A stretch of DNA of 64,000 nucleotides from Chloroflexota bacterium (GTDB lineage: Bacteria; Chloroflexota; Dehalococcoidia; Lucifugimonadales; JADFKI01). Where the stretch lies: contig JAQBUT010000016.1 of assembly GCA_027623195.1 (NCBI GenBank), positions 1 through 64,000 of the forward strand. The letters run 5' to 3'. Below are positions 18,331 through 27,734 of this stretch, piece after piece. Every line of letters starts with the position of its first letter. The first letter of the stretch is position 1. The notes beneath the pieces are model-generated. The model ran no database searches, was not told the origin of the DNA, and saw only the letters and a list, made by a program, of their open reading frames with translations. Position numbers and translations under genes: made by a program.

Positions 18331-19863
18331 CTATCTCAACCTCGTCTGCGCCACGTTTTCCAGCGACCTGGTAATTGGCTCGATTCCGCTGGAGAAGACG
18401 TCGGAAATGATGGACGGGAATACGCCCACAACAATGATGGCGAAAACCAGCACAGCTATCGGAACGAATTGCATACCTGAGGCATCGGTGATGTCAGCGA
18501 ACCTCTCTTTGATTGGGCCGAACATCACACGCTGCATGGTCCACAAGATGTAACCCGCGGCCAAGACAACGCCGGTGGCTCCGATGGCGGTAGCCCACGG
18601 CCATACCGTGAAGGTCCCCAGGAAGATCATAATCTCTGCCACGAAACCGCTGGTGCCTGGCAAACCCAGAGAGGCCAGCCCCGCGACCATTAGGGCAACC
18701 GTGACGAATGGCATGCGTTTAGCCAGACCGCCCAGATCCGGGATGTAACGAGTATGGGCCTTGTCGTATATGAAGCCAACCAATAGGAACAACAGTCCCG
18801 TGATGGTGCCGTGTGTGAACATCTGCATTGCCGCGCCTGTTAGGCCAAGCGGGGATACGGAGCCTGCTACTCCAGCGACGGAGGCAATTCCCAACACCAC
18901 AAAGCCCATGTGGCTAACGCTGCTGTAGGCGATAAGTCGCTTGAGGTCCGTCTGACGGAAAACGACGATACCACCGTACACGATGTTGATGACGCCGGCC
19001 GTTGCAAGAATCCATGCGAATTGGGAAACCACTTCGGGGAACATGCCTACTGAAACCCGGAGCATGCCGTAGCCACCCATCTTTAGTAGGACTCCCGCCA
19101 GCATGACGCTGCCCGCGGTGGGCGCGTCCGTGTGAGCGTCGGGCAGCCAAGTGTGGAAAGGCCACAGGGGTAGTTTCACTGCGAACGCCACGAACAGTAG
19201 CGTGAAGACCATGCCCGCTGGGAGCAAAAGCTTACCGCCCGCAATGGCATCCGGCAACGCCGTCATGTCGAAGGTGCCTGTGGAGAAGAACAGTACCAGG
19301 ATTCCGACAAGCATGAATGCGCTGCCCAGGATAGTGAATATCAGGAACTTCATGGCGGAGTATTCGCGCTTGTTCCTTGGTTCGCTTCCCCATACGGATA
19401 TGAGCATGAACATTGGCAGCAACTCAAGCTCCCAAAACAGGAAGAACATGAGGAAGTCCAAGGAGAGGAACACGCCCATGACGCCGGTCTGCAAAGCCAA
19501 CAGCCACATGAAGTACTCGCGCACTCGATGGCCGATGTGCCAAGACGCCAGCACCGCCACAAATCCAAGCAGGCCGGTCAAAAGCACCAGCGGTGCGCTA
19601 AGTCCATCGACGCCTAAGAAGTATTGCACGGCGAAGCCGTCGCCCATGCCCGGAATCCAGTCCCTGATTTTGTCGACCATCTGGACGCCGCCAACGCTCG
19701 TGTCGTATCTGGCGAACACGATTACGGTCAATACAAGGTCTGCGGTGGCGACCAGCGCAGCGAAGGTGCGAATAAGCTTATCGCCACGAAGCAGCAAGGC
19801 AATCACAATCGCTCCTGCAATTGGCAGGAAGACAGTTATGGTTAGGAGACCGGAAAATCCCAA
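18331..19863 (-). CDS. nuoM: NADH-quinone oxidoreductase subunit M
   Basis: GVDGLS, FWE, KLPLWPFHTWLPDAH, LKMGGYG, DLKRLIAYSS. Confidence 0.95.
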   Translation of the reverse strand: MGFSGLLTITVFLPIAGAIVIALLLRGDKLIRTFAALVATADLVLTVIVFARYDTSVGGVQMVDKIRDWIPGMGDGFAVQYFLGVDGLSAPLVLLTGLLGFVAVLASWHIGHRVREYFMWLLALQTGVMGVFLSLDFLMFFLFWELELLPMFMLISVWGSEPRNKREYSAMKFLIFTILGSAFMLVGILVLFFSTGTFDMTALPDAIAGGKLLLPAGMVFTLLFVAFAVKLPLWPFHTWLPDAHTDAPTAGSVMLAGVLLKMGGYGMLRVSVGMFPEVVSQFAWILATAGVINIVYGGIVVFRQTDLKRLIAYSSVSHMGFVVLGIASVAGVAGSVSPLGLTGAAMQMFTHGTITGLLFLLVGFIYDKAHTRYIPDLGGLAKRMPFVTVALMVAGLASLGLPGTSGFVAEIMIFLGTFTVWPWATAIGATGVVLAAGYILWTMQRVMFGPIKERFADITDASGMQFVPIAVLVFAIIVVGVFPSIISDVFSSGIEPITRSLENVAQTRLR

Positions 19864-19872
19864 GCTAAGTCC

Positions 19873-21852
19873 TTATCCTCTGACGAATAGGAAGGCGCCG
19901 AATATTATTAGAATACCTATGGAAATGGCCATGCCGTATGTCTGCAACTGGCCCGTCTGCAGCTGACGTAAGGCCGACCCCGCGTTTGCGCCAAACCAGC
20001 CGATTAGTCGCGCCAAGGCGTCTACTACCGACCTATCGAACCAGTCGAATGCGTAGGCCACGCTGCCGTAAAACACTCGACGGACCAATATGTCCTCATA
20101 AAGCTCGTCGAAATAATATTTCCTGGAAAGAAGCACGTATAACGGCCTGAACATCCGGCCCACAACTTCGGGGGATATAACCTTGACCTGGTACATCATG
20201 TATGCCAAGAGTATTCCCGCTAGCGCTACTGCGCTGGAGAATGCCGCCAGCGATTTGTTGAATTCGGGCGCTCCAGAGTGCAGATTGTGCAAAGCCGGAT
20301 TAGAGTGCAGGAATTCCGACATCCAATGAATGGGCACTACGCCAAGGTCTGTTAGCGGATTGGCCACGAAGCCGATTAGCACGGCAGGGACAGCCAGTAT
20401 GAGCAACGGCCATAGCATCACGGCGGGCGACTCTCCAAGGTGCAGGCCTCCTCCGTGGGTTGGTGCGTCCGGGTCGGCCTCTGCGCCGCCCTTGAAGTCG
20501 CCATTAAATGTCATGAATAGCGCGCGGAACATATAGAAGGCCGTCATAAACACGGCGATGAGCGCCAGCAAGAAGACGAGGCCCCCTACAGGGTCTCCTG
20601 AGTCGAAAGCATGCGCCAGAATTTCGTCCTTACTCCAGAAGCCGGACAGCGGGAAGATGCCGGACAGACTCAAACTCCCTATGAGAAAGGTCGCGTATGT
20701 CCAGGGCATGAACTTGCGAAGGCCGCCCATGTATCTCATGTCAAAGGTGCCGGTGGCGTGATTAACATTGCCGGATCCGAGGAACAGCAAGGCTTTGAAG
20801 AAGGCGTGGGTGAACAGGTGGAATATGGCCGCGCCGTATGCCCCTACGCCTAAGGCGAGCATCATGTATCCCAACTGGCTTACCGTGGAGTAGGCCAGCA
20901 CCCTCTTTATGTCGTTGGACACCAGGCCCATCGATGCGGCGAATATTGCCGTTATGCCACCGATTAACGCCACCACGTTCATTGCAACCGGCGAAATCTC
21001 GAAGAGAGGGAAGAACCTTGCCACCAGGAATACCCCAGCCGTGACCATCGTCGCGGCGTGGATCAGCGCGCTTACCGGCGTAGGGCCCTCCATGGCGTCC
21101 GGGAGCCAGGTGTGCAGCGGGAACTGCGCCGACTTGCCCATAGCCCCTGCGAATATACCCAAGGCCACCCATTGCGCCACGCCCACAGATATGATGCCCA
21201 AGTCTATCGCATGATAAATGTCGGTTATCACGAAGGGGTTGAGGTCTGCGGCCCGGAAAGTATCACCGTTGAAGAACAGGTACAGTATCGCCAGCAAAAG
21301 TCCAAAGTCCGCGAACCGCGTTATGATGAACGCCTTCTTTGCTGCCGCAGCCGCCGACGGCCTGTCGAACCAGAACCCGATTAGCAGGTACGACCCCAGT
21401 CCGACCAGCTCCCAGAATACGAATATCTGTAGCAGGTTGTTGGCCAGGACCAGACCAAGCATGGCCATGGTGAAAAGCGACATGCTGGCGTAATAACGAG
21501 TGTAGCCGCGGTCGCCGTGCATGTAGCCGATGGAATAGATCTGCACCATAAGACTGACGCCCGTGACCACCACGAGCATCACCGCCGTAAGTGGGTCCAT
21601 AAGGATTCCCACGGCGAAATTGAATTCCCCTGCTGAAAACCAGTCGTGCAGCGGATAGGCTATGTGGCCGTCACTAGCGACTGTACTGAACAGCGCAACT
21701 AGCGACAGCACGAAGGACGCGCCTACGGCCAGAATCGTTACGTACCCAGCCAACTGCGACGCTGAGCCAAGCGTCGGCCTGATGACTATTGAAATCAAGA
21801 GGAACGACGCCAGCGGCAGGAACAGAATTAACCAGGCTGCGGCTTCAGGCAT
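19873..21852 (-). CDS. nuoL: NADH-quinone oxidoreductase subunit L
   Basis: WELVG, GKSAQFPLHTWLPDAMEGPTPVSALIHAATMV, HAFFKALLFL. Confidence 0.95.
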   Translation of the reverse strand: MPEAAAWLILFLPLASFLLISIVIRPTLGSASQLAGYVTILAVGASFVLSLVALFSTVASDGHIAYPLHDWFSAGEFNFAVGILMDPLTAVMLVVVTGVSLMVQIYSIGYMHGDRGYTRYYASMSLFTMAMLGLVLANNLLQIFVFWELVGLGSYLLIGFWFDRPSAAAAAKKAFIITRFADFGLLLAILYLFFNGDTFRAADLNPFVITDIYHAIDLGIISVGVAQWVALGIFAGAMGKSAQFPLHTWLPDAMEGPTPVSALIHAATMVTAGVFLVARFFPLFEISPVAMNVVALIGGITAIFAASMGLVSNDIKRVLAYSTVSQLGYMMLALGVGAYGAAIFHLFTHAFFKALLFLGSGNVNHATGTFDMRYMGGLRKFMPWTYATFLIGSLSLSGIFPLSGFWSKDEILAHAFDSGDPVGGLVFLLALIAVFMTAFYMFRALFMTFNGDFKGGAEADPDAPTHGGGLHLGESPAVMLWPLLILAVPAVLIGFVANPLTDLGVVPIHWMSEFLHSNPALHNLHSGAPEFNKSLAAFSSAVALAGILLAYMMYQVKVISPEVVGRMFRPLYVLLSRKYYFDELYEDILVRRVFYGSVAYAFDWFDRSVVDALARLIGWFGANAGSALRQLQTGQLQTYGMAISIGILIIFGAFLFVRG

Positions 21853-21855
21853 CCT

Positions 21856-22050
21856 TTACAGCTTCCTCAATATTTCGTCGGCAACGTGTTCGCGGCCCTT
21901 TGGCACCAGAACGCGAAAAGGCACTCGTTCCCCCCAGGTCAAGATGTCGCCTTCAGGAATTATCTTGGTGGGCAAACCGTCGCCCTCCAAGACGTCTTTC
22001 CACATCTCGGCGATCATCAGGTTGGGAGCTTTTCTGTAATCAACCCACAT
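21856..22050 (-). CDS. Small DUF2007-like protein inside the nuo operon
   Basis: 64-aa ORF fills the nuoK-nuoL gap exactly; A.N...AE.WK..LE..G.P...RVLVP pattern. Confidence 0.75.
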   Translation of the reverse strand: MWVDYRKAPNLMIAEMWKDVLEGDGLPTKIIPEGDILTWGERVPFRVLVPKGREHVADEILRKL

Positions 22051-22064
22051 TTAATAAATGCGAC

Positions 22065-22418
22065 CTACTTCTTTAGTTCTGCGACGTCTGTTACGTAAAT
22101 GCTGGAACGTTGTCGGAAAATGGCCAGTACGATGGCCAGCCCCAGGGCTACCTCTGCCGCCGCCACTGTGATGATGAACACTGAAAATATCTGACCGGTC
22201 AGCAGGAATCTTGCGGCCGTGTCGGCAGTTGTCTCTGGATTGCCCAACAAAGCCTGAGGCACAACGTAGCGCGAAAATGCCACGGCCGTAATGTTCACTG
22301 CGTTGAACATCAACTCGATGGACATAAGAACGGTTATGGCGTTGCGCTTTGCCATGGCACCGTAAAGGCCAATGGCAAATATGATGGCTGCTACTATCAG
22401 GAAGTTTTCGAGGTTCAA
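22065..22418 (-). CDS. nuoK: NADH-quinone oxidoreductase subunit K
   Basis: RNAITVLMSIELMFNA, GQIF, VAAAEVALGLAI. Confidence 0.95.
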   Translation of the reverse strand: MNLENFLIVAAIIFAIGLYGAMAKRNAITVLMSIELMFNAVNITAVAFSRYVVPQALLGNPETTADTAARFLLTGQIFSVFIITVAAAEVALGLAIVLAIFRQRSSIYVTDVAELKK

Positions 22419-22419
22419 G

Positions 22420-22980
22420 CTATTCCCTCTCCCTGATGAGCGCCAACGCTCCTATGACGGCTGCCAACAACACTACGGACGCTACCTCGAACGCGAGGAC
22501 GAAATCTCGGAGCAGCATTTGCCCGATCCAAGGCACCGTGTTAGAAAATACCAGGGCGATTCCGTCGGCCGCCTCTGCGCTGAAAGCCCCGGCGGCAAGC
22601 GCTGCATCGATAGTGATCCAGTTTGTGGACGTGACCACAAAAATGGCGACAATAGCGAATAGAACGGCAGCTATGCCCATGGGTAGACGCAACGTGTTGC
22701 CCGGGCTGCCCTCCTCCACGTCGCGGGTCATGAATATGGCGAAGATTATCAGGACTGATATGGCCCCAACATAAATCAGGACCTGGATTATAGCCAGAAA
22801 CTCTGCCCTAAGAAGAACGAACATACCCGCCACGCCAATAAAGGCTACGATCAGGAACAGCGCCGACCTGAACAGGTCCCGAAGCTGCACCACAGCGAAC
22901 GCAGCCACTATAGTGGATACGGCGATCATCCAGAAGATGACGTCTACGAAGAGTGTCGACTCTGTCCCCTGCCCTAGCAT
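22420..22980 (-). CDS. nuoJ: NADH-quinone oxidoreductase subunit J
   Basis: AEFLAIIQVLIYVGAISVL, FEVASVVLL. TAATG coupling to nuoI. Confidence 0.93.
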   Translation of the reverse strand: MLGQGTESTLFVDVIFWMIAVSTIVAAFAVVQLRDLFRSALFLIVAFIGVAGMFVLLRAEFLAIIQVLIYVGAISVLIIFAIFMTRDVEEGSPGNTLRLPMGIAAVLFAIVAIFVVTSTNWITIDAALAAGAFSAEAADGIALVFSNTVPWIGQMLLRDFVLAFEVASVVLLAAVIGALALIRERE

Positions 22981-23651
22981 TATCTCTTGGCCCACTTCTT
23001 CTGCTGGTCTTCCCTGCTGGGTTTCACGTGACGTCCCGCCTTGGTCCAGTCAACTTCGTCGCCGCTCTGCGGATCGAAGCCTTGCCCCTCTATTTGCGGG
23101 CGGAACCAGGTGCTGGGACGTTTGGGTGCGTCATTAAGCCGCTGCTTGTCGATGACCAGGTCGCGGCGGCTGTACTTGCCTTCCTCGAATCCAGAACCCA
23201 TGTGTAACGCGTCATAAGGGCACGCCTCCACGCAGAGGCCACAGAACATGCATCGGCCCATGTCGATGTCGAACACGTCCAGCACGTACTTGTCCCCTTC
23301 GTCTACAGCCTTCTCGCTGGGGTGCGTTACGATGCGGATAATGCCCAGTGGGCAGTACTTGGCGCAACTGGCGCACCCGGTACATCGGTCCTCGTACCAG
23401 CTAAATTCCTCGCCACGGAAACGCGAGTGCTGCGGCATGCGGTCTTCTACCGATGCGAGACCGACCATGGCCTTGAGGGTCATAAGCGGTCGCTTGATGC
23501 TGTAAGTGATAGGGTTTGTACCCTCTAACTTAGCCAGTCCTAACAGTCCTATCTTGCGGTCCGGGTACTGGTGCAAGGTGAACATGCGACCGGGCATAAG
23601 CATGTTCTTCATGGTAATGGTCAGGCCTTTGGCCAGCCCTAATCCGTACAT
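22980..23651 (-). CDS. nuoI: NADH-quinone oxidoreductase subunit I
   Basis: QYP, RFRG, CTGCASCAKYCP, CMFCGLCVEACP. Confidence 0.93.
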   Translation of the reverse strand: MYGLGLAKGLTITMKNMLMPGRMFTLHQYPDRKIGLLGLAKLEGTNPITYSIKRPLMTLKAMVGLASVEDRMPQHSRFRGEEFSWYEDRCTGCASCAKYCPLGIIRIVTHPSEKAVDEGDKYVLDVFDIDMGRCMFCGLCVEACPYDALHMGSGFEEGKYSRRDLVIDKQRLNDAPKRPSTWFRPQIEGQGFDPQSGDEVDWTKAGRHVKPSREDQQKKWAKR

Positions 23652-23652
23652 G

Positions 23653-24861
23653 CTAATCTGCCTCCGCGTACATGTTCGCCAGCGGCGACGGCGTGGGTAC
23701 AGGTCGCTCCCACTGCTTGCTTCCGAAAACCTTCGCCATGAATGCGATTGTCACGACTGTGACGCCCCAATTTATGGCGGCCATCAGCCACAGGTCGGAT
23801 GTGGTCAGCGCCCCTGTGTTCGGGTCCTGCAACAGCATGACTTCCACGGCCACGACGAAAATGTTCAGAAGGGCCATCGCGAAAAGGCCCTTCCAGGCGA
23901 ATGCCATAATCTGGTCGATGCGTAGTCGAGGCCATGTGGCTCTAACCCAAAGCAATGCGAACATGATGACGAAGACCTTGAGCACGAACCAAATCTGCCC
24001 AGGAATCGGGTCCCAACCACGAGTCCCACTGAAGAAGAGCACCGTGGCGATTATGCTCGTTACCAGTGGCGCCATGAACTCCGCCAACTGGAAGATAGCA
24101 AACTTCATGCCGCTGTACTCGGTATGGTAACCGGCCCCTAATTCGGATTCAGCCTCAATTTGGTCAAAGGGCGTGCGGCTCATCTCCGCAGACGCCGCGG
24201 CCATGAATACCAGGAAGCCCAGCGGCTGAACCAGCCAGAATGGCACTCCCTGCGCGGCCACTACATCGAACAGCGATAACGAGTTGGCTATAAGCACTAC
24301 ACCTGTGATGCTCAATGCCATTGGCACCTCGTAGCTCACGAGCATGGCCACACCACGCATTGCGCCTATCATGGCGTACTTGTTTCGTGAGGCCCATCCT
24401 CCAGCCAGCACGGCTATGGTGTTCACTGAAGTTATGCCGATGATAAATAGCACGCCTATGTTCAGACGGCCAAGAAAGGTGTCATCACCAAAAGGTATGA
24501 TGGCAATGACCAGCAAGGCGGGCACCAGCAAGATAACGGGTGCAATATTGAATACCAGACGGTCGGCCAACGCCGGCACTGTGTCCTCTTTGACCATTAG
24601 CTTTAGCACGTCGGCAATAGGCTGCAGCAGTCCGAATGGCCCCCAGCGGTTGGGACCTAGGCGGGCCTGCATTCTGCCTATGACTCGGCGTTCAAACCAG
24701 GTGTAGAGTCCTGTGCCCATCACCATGACGTTGATGACTATGAAGGAGACTAGCCCGCCAGCTAGAACGAATGCCAGCCAGTCCATTCCGTCGGGTAGGA
24801 AGAAATCAAAAAAGCCATAAACGCTATGAAAATCTAGGAAGCCGGCCTGCAGAGATTCCAT
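23653..24861 (-). CDS. nuoH: NADH-quinone oxidoreductase subunit H
   Basis: ERRVIGRMQARLGPNR, GLLQPIADVLKL, SYE, RTPFD..EAESEL..GYHTEYSG, PRLRIDQ. Confidence 0.95.
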   Translation of the reverse strand: MESLQAGFLDFHSVYGFFDFFLPDGMDWLAFVLAGGLVSFIVINVMVMGTGLYTWFERRVIGRMQARLGPNRWGPFGLLQPIADVLKLMVKEDTVPALADRLVFNIAPVILLVPALLVIAIIPFGDDTFLGRLNIGVLFIIGITSVNTIAVLAGGWASRNKYAMIGAMRGVAMLVSYEVPMALSITGVVLIANSLSLFDVVAAQGVPFWLVQPLGFLVFMAAASAEMSRTPFDQIEAESELGAGYHTEYSGMKFAIFQLAEFMAPLVTSIIATVLFFSGTRGWDPIPGQIWFVLKVFVIMFALLWVRATWPRLRIDQIMAFAWKGLFAMALLNIFVVAVEVMLLQDPNTGALTTSDLWLMAAINWGVTVVTIAFMAKVFGSKQWERPVPTPSPLANMYAEAD

Positions 24862-25967
24862 TACCGGTCGACCTCCCCCAGAACGATGTCGATGGAGCCG
24901 AATATGATGATGAGGTCGCTCATCTTCCAGCCCACCAGCATGTCCCGTAACGCCGTAATGTTAATGAATGACGGCGCACGCACGTGGCAACGATAAGGAG
25001 ATATTCCGCCGTCGCTTACCAGGTAAAAGCCAAGCTCACCCTTTGGAGACTCCACGGAAGCGTATGCATCGCCCGCCGGCGGCCTGATGAAGTAAGGCGT
25101 CCCTGTCCGAATAGGGCCCTGTGGTATGTCGCGGATGCACTGCTCCACAATCTTGATGCTCTCTCGCATTTCCAGAACACGCACCATGTAGCGGTCGAAG
25201 GTGTCGCCTAGCGCGCCGATGGGAATGTCGAAATCAAGCCTGTCGTAAATTTCATATGGGTTAGCCTTACGAAGGTCCCACTGTACCCCGGCAGCTCTGA
25301 GCATGGGCCCGGTAATTGAGGCGTTGATCGCCTGCGCGTCGGTGAGAATGCCGACATCCCGGGTGCGTGTCAGCACAATCTCGTTGCCGGAAATAAGGCT
25401 CTCAATCTCGTCGAGATACCCAGGGAAGTCGTTAACAAAGGTATTCAGTGCCGGCCAGAACTCGGCAGGGGCGTCCTGTAACACGCCGCCCGGTCGCATG
25501 TAGGTCAAGGTTATGCGCGCGCCACAAAGCATCTCGAACATATCGAGAATCCGTTCGCGCTCTCGGAAGCAGTACATAAGCGGAGTGGCCAAGGCGCCAA
25601 GGTCGTTCAGTAAGAACCCCGTAGCCATCAGGTGGCTGGCAATGCGCTGCAACTCGGCGCAGATTACGCGAATGTACTGCGCTCGTTCAGGCACATCAAT
25701 GCCCGCCAATTTTTCCACCGAGCTGACGTACGCCAGGTTGTTGGACATGCTGGCCGTGTAGTCCATGCGGTCCGTAAGCGTGACGATTTGGACGTAGCTC
25801 CGTCCCTCGGCCAGCTTTTCAGACCCTCGGTGCAGATAACCCATTACCGGCTCCGCATCGACAACGGTCTCGCCATCAAAAGTTACCCTTAGCCTGAACA
25901 CGCCGTGAGTGCTGGGGTGCTGAGGGCCAAGGTTTAGAATGACCGGTTCAGACTTCATCTCAGACAT
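24861..25967 (-). CDS. nuoD: NADH-quinone oxidoreductase subunit D
   Basis: GPQHPSTHGVFRL, GYLHRG.EK, DRMDY, ESPKGE, GSIDIVLGEVDR. Confidence 0.95.
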   Translation of the reverse strand: MSEMKSEPVILNLGPQHPSTHGVFRLRVTFDGETVVDAEPVMGYLHRGSEKLAEGRSYVQIVTLTDRMDYTASMSNNLAYVSSVEKLAGIDVPERAQYIRVICAELQRIASHLMATGFLLNDLGALATPLMYCFRERERILDMFEMLCGARITLTYMRPGGVLQDAPAEFWPALNTFVNDFPGYLDEIESLISGNEIVLTRTRDVGILTDAQAINASITGPMLRAAGVQWDLRKANPYEIYDRLDFDIPIGALGDTFDRYMVRVLEMRESIKIVEQCIRDIPQGPIRTGTPYFIRPPAGDAYASVESPKGELGFYLVSDGGISPYRCHVRAPSFINITALRDMLVGWKMSDLIIIFGSIDIVLGEVDR

Positions 25968-26442
25968 CGAGGTCCTCAGGCCTTTGCATTTCCCCGTCCT
26001 GGCCCAGGTAGTCCTTCCTCAAAGGATGACCTGGAAAGCCCTCCCACAAGAGGATTCGCTTGAGGTTGGGGTGGCCATCGAACCGGATACCCATGAGGTC
26101 CCAGACCTCTCGTTCCTGGAAGTCGGCACCCTGCCAAATGCTCGTCACCGACGACACCGACAAGTCCTCCCTTCCGTAGCAGCGCGACTTTATCACTACG
26201 CTATGGTTATTTCTCATGGAAAGCAGCCGGTACACCAGTTCGAAGTACTCGATATAGTCGATGGAGGTAATCGATGTCAGGAAGGAGAAGTCGAGAGCAT
26301 AGTCGCCATTGAGGAATGTTGCCACTTCCAGAATGGACTGCGGCGACACCCAAACATCTGTCTGGTTGGAGTCCGTAGCCGCTCCGGGTATGGACTCGTT
26401 AATGCGGCTTGCAACGCTACTGCCTTGAAGGGCCCTAGTCAT
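25960..26442 (-). CDS. nuoC: NADH-quinone oxidoreductase subunit C
   Basis: EREVWDLMGIRFDGHPNLKRIL...GHPLRKDY. Confidence 0.95.
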   Translation of the reverse strand: MTRALQGSSVASRINESIPGAATDSNQTDVWVSPQSILEVATFLNGDYALDFSFLTSITSIDYIEYFELVYRLLSMRNNHSVVIKSRCYGREDLSVSSVTSIWQGADFQEREVWDLMGIRFDGHPNLKRILLWEGFPGHPLRKDYLGQDGEMQRPEDLDV

Positions 26443-26456
26443 ACTTGAAAAGCCAC

Positions 26457-27077
26457 CTACGGCTTTCTGGATATGCTGTAGCGCTTGATCTTCTCATGCA
26501 ACTGCATGATGCCGTATAGAAGGGCGTCGGGTCGTGGAGGGCACCCGGGCACATAAACGTCTACCGGGATGATGTGGTTTACACCAGGCACCACACTGTA
26601 ACTGCCGTAGTAGGGGCCGCCGCTGGTAGCGCAAACGCCCATGGAGATAACCCATTTGGGTTCTGCCATCTGCTCGTATACCCGCATTATGGCAGGGGCC
26701 ATTTTCCAAGTGACCGTCCCCGCGATAATGATAAGGTCCGCCTGCCGAGGTGATGGCCTGAATGCCTCCATACCGAATCGCGAAATGTCGAAACGGGACA
26801 TGGCGCTGGCCATCATTTCGAAGGCGCAACAGGCCAGGCCGAAAGACAGCGGCCACAGTGCAGACTTGCGTCCCCAGTTAACCAACGCATCAATGGAAGT
26901 CACTGCGACGTTGCGCTGTAGATCGTCCGGAACTTCGATAATCGGTTCCGACAAGGCGTCCTGATGCGTCGCCTTTAGGTGGTTGATGATCTGACCTTCG
27001 TCCTGATCCACGCCCCAGGTCTGCTGGTGCAGAGGTATTGTGAGGCTGGGGTTCTGGGGCAGATTGCCGCTTTGCAT
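26457..27077 (-). CDS. nuoB: NADH-quinone oxidoreductase subunit B
   Basis: [37 protein letters not shown] coupling to nuoA. Confidence 0.95.
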   Translation of the reverse strand: MQSGNLPQNPSLTIPLHQQTWGVDQDEGQIINHLKATHQDALSEPIIEVPDDLQRNVAVTSIDALVNWGRKSALWPLSFGLACCAFEMMASAMSRFDISRFGMEAFRPSPRQADLIIIAGTVTWKMAPAIMRVYEQMAEPKWVISMGVCATSGGPYYGSYSVVPGVNHIIPVDVYVPGCPPRPDALLYGIMQLHEKIKRYSISRKP

Positions 27078-27472
27078 TAACTCCACTCCAGGGCCCCCTT
27101 TTTCCAGGCATAAAGCCATCCAACAATGAGAATGCCTATGAAGACTACCATTTCCAACAGGGCGTAAATGCCGAAGCTCCGTGACATGTATCCGAAGCTG
27201 GCAGCCCAGGGGAACAGAAATGCCACTTCAACGTCGAAAACCACGAAAATCAAAGCGAAGCCGTAAAACCGGAAATTGAACTGGCTCCACCTGGTCGTGA
27301 GCGTCTCGAAGCCACATTCGTAAATGCTTGATTTAATAGCGCTGGGTACCCTTGGCCGGATGTTGGCCATGGATAACATCCACGACATCATCAGCATCCC
27401 TGTAGGAACTGCTACGGCCAGTGCGGCGAATATGGCTATGAGGCCATACTGCCGGAAGTAATCGTCAATCAT
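27077..27472 (-). CDS. nuoA: NADH-quinone oxidoreductase subunit A
   Basis: [25 protein letters not shown]. Start at MIDDY. Confidence 0.95.
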   Translation of the reverse strand: MIDDYFRQYGLIAIFAALAVAVPTGMLMMSWMLSMANIRPRVPSAIKSSIYECGFETLTTRWSQFNFRFYGFALIFVVFDVEVAFLFPWAASFGYMSRSFGIYALLEMVVFIGILIVGWLYAWKKGALEWS

Positions 27473-27508
27473 TAATCCGCACTTGGGAAGGTCGAATTTA
27501 CCGCGCTG

Positions 27509-27554
27509 AATATAGCATAGTGCGTTAAAATATTGCAAGTGAAAAATTCCACAA
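27509..27554 (-). promoter_or_regulatory. Putative nuo promoter with adjacent Rex-like operator
   Basis: Minus strand TTGCAA-N18-TATATT (TG-extended). AAGTGAA-AAAT-TCCACAA at 27537-27554 matches 11/14 of TTGTGAA-N4-TTCACAA. Confidence 0.45.
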
Positions 27555-27617
27555 ATAAAAGCCCAGCAACGCCTTAACGAGCGGGCGGGAATAGCCGTTA
27601 ACTCCGGTAACGCCGTG

Positions 27618-27646
27618 TTGACAGTGCTGTAGCGGAATGCTAGGAT
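27618..27646 (+). promoter_or_regulatory. Putative sigma70 promoter of the hopanoid operon
   Basis: TTGACA-N17-TAGGAT with TG extension. Confidence 0.6.
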
Positions 27647-27734
27647 TTGCCATCGTAATACTATGTAGTCCTGTCCAACCGTCTTGCAGGGCTTGTGTGA
27701 CGGCTGCAGGCTACCATTCCGGCAGGTTGCTTGA

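Noticed and set aside
16830..21852. 2M-type complex I (duplicated nuoM)
   Set aside because: Only one each of nuoL, nuoM and nuoN.
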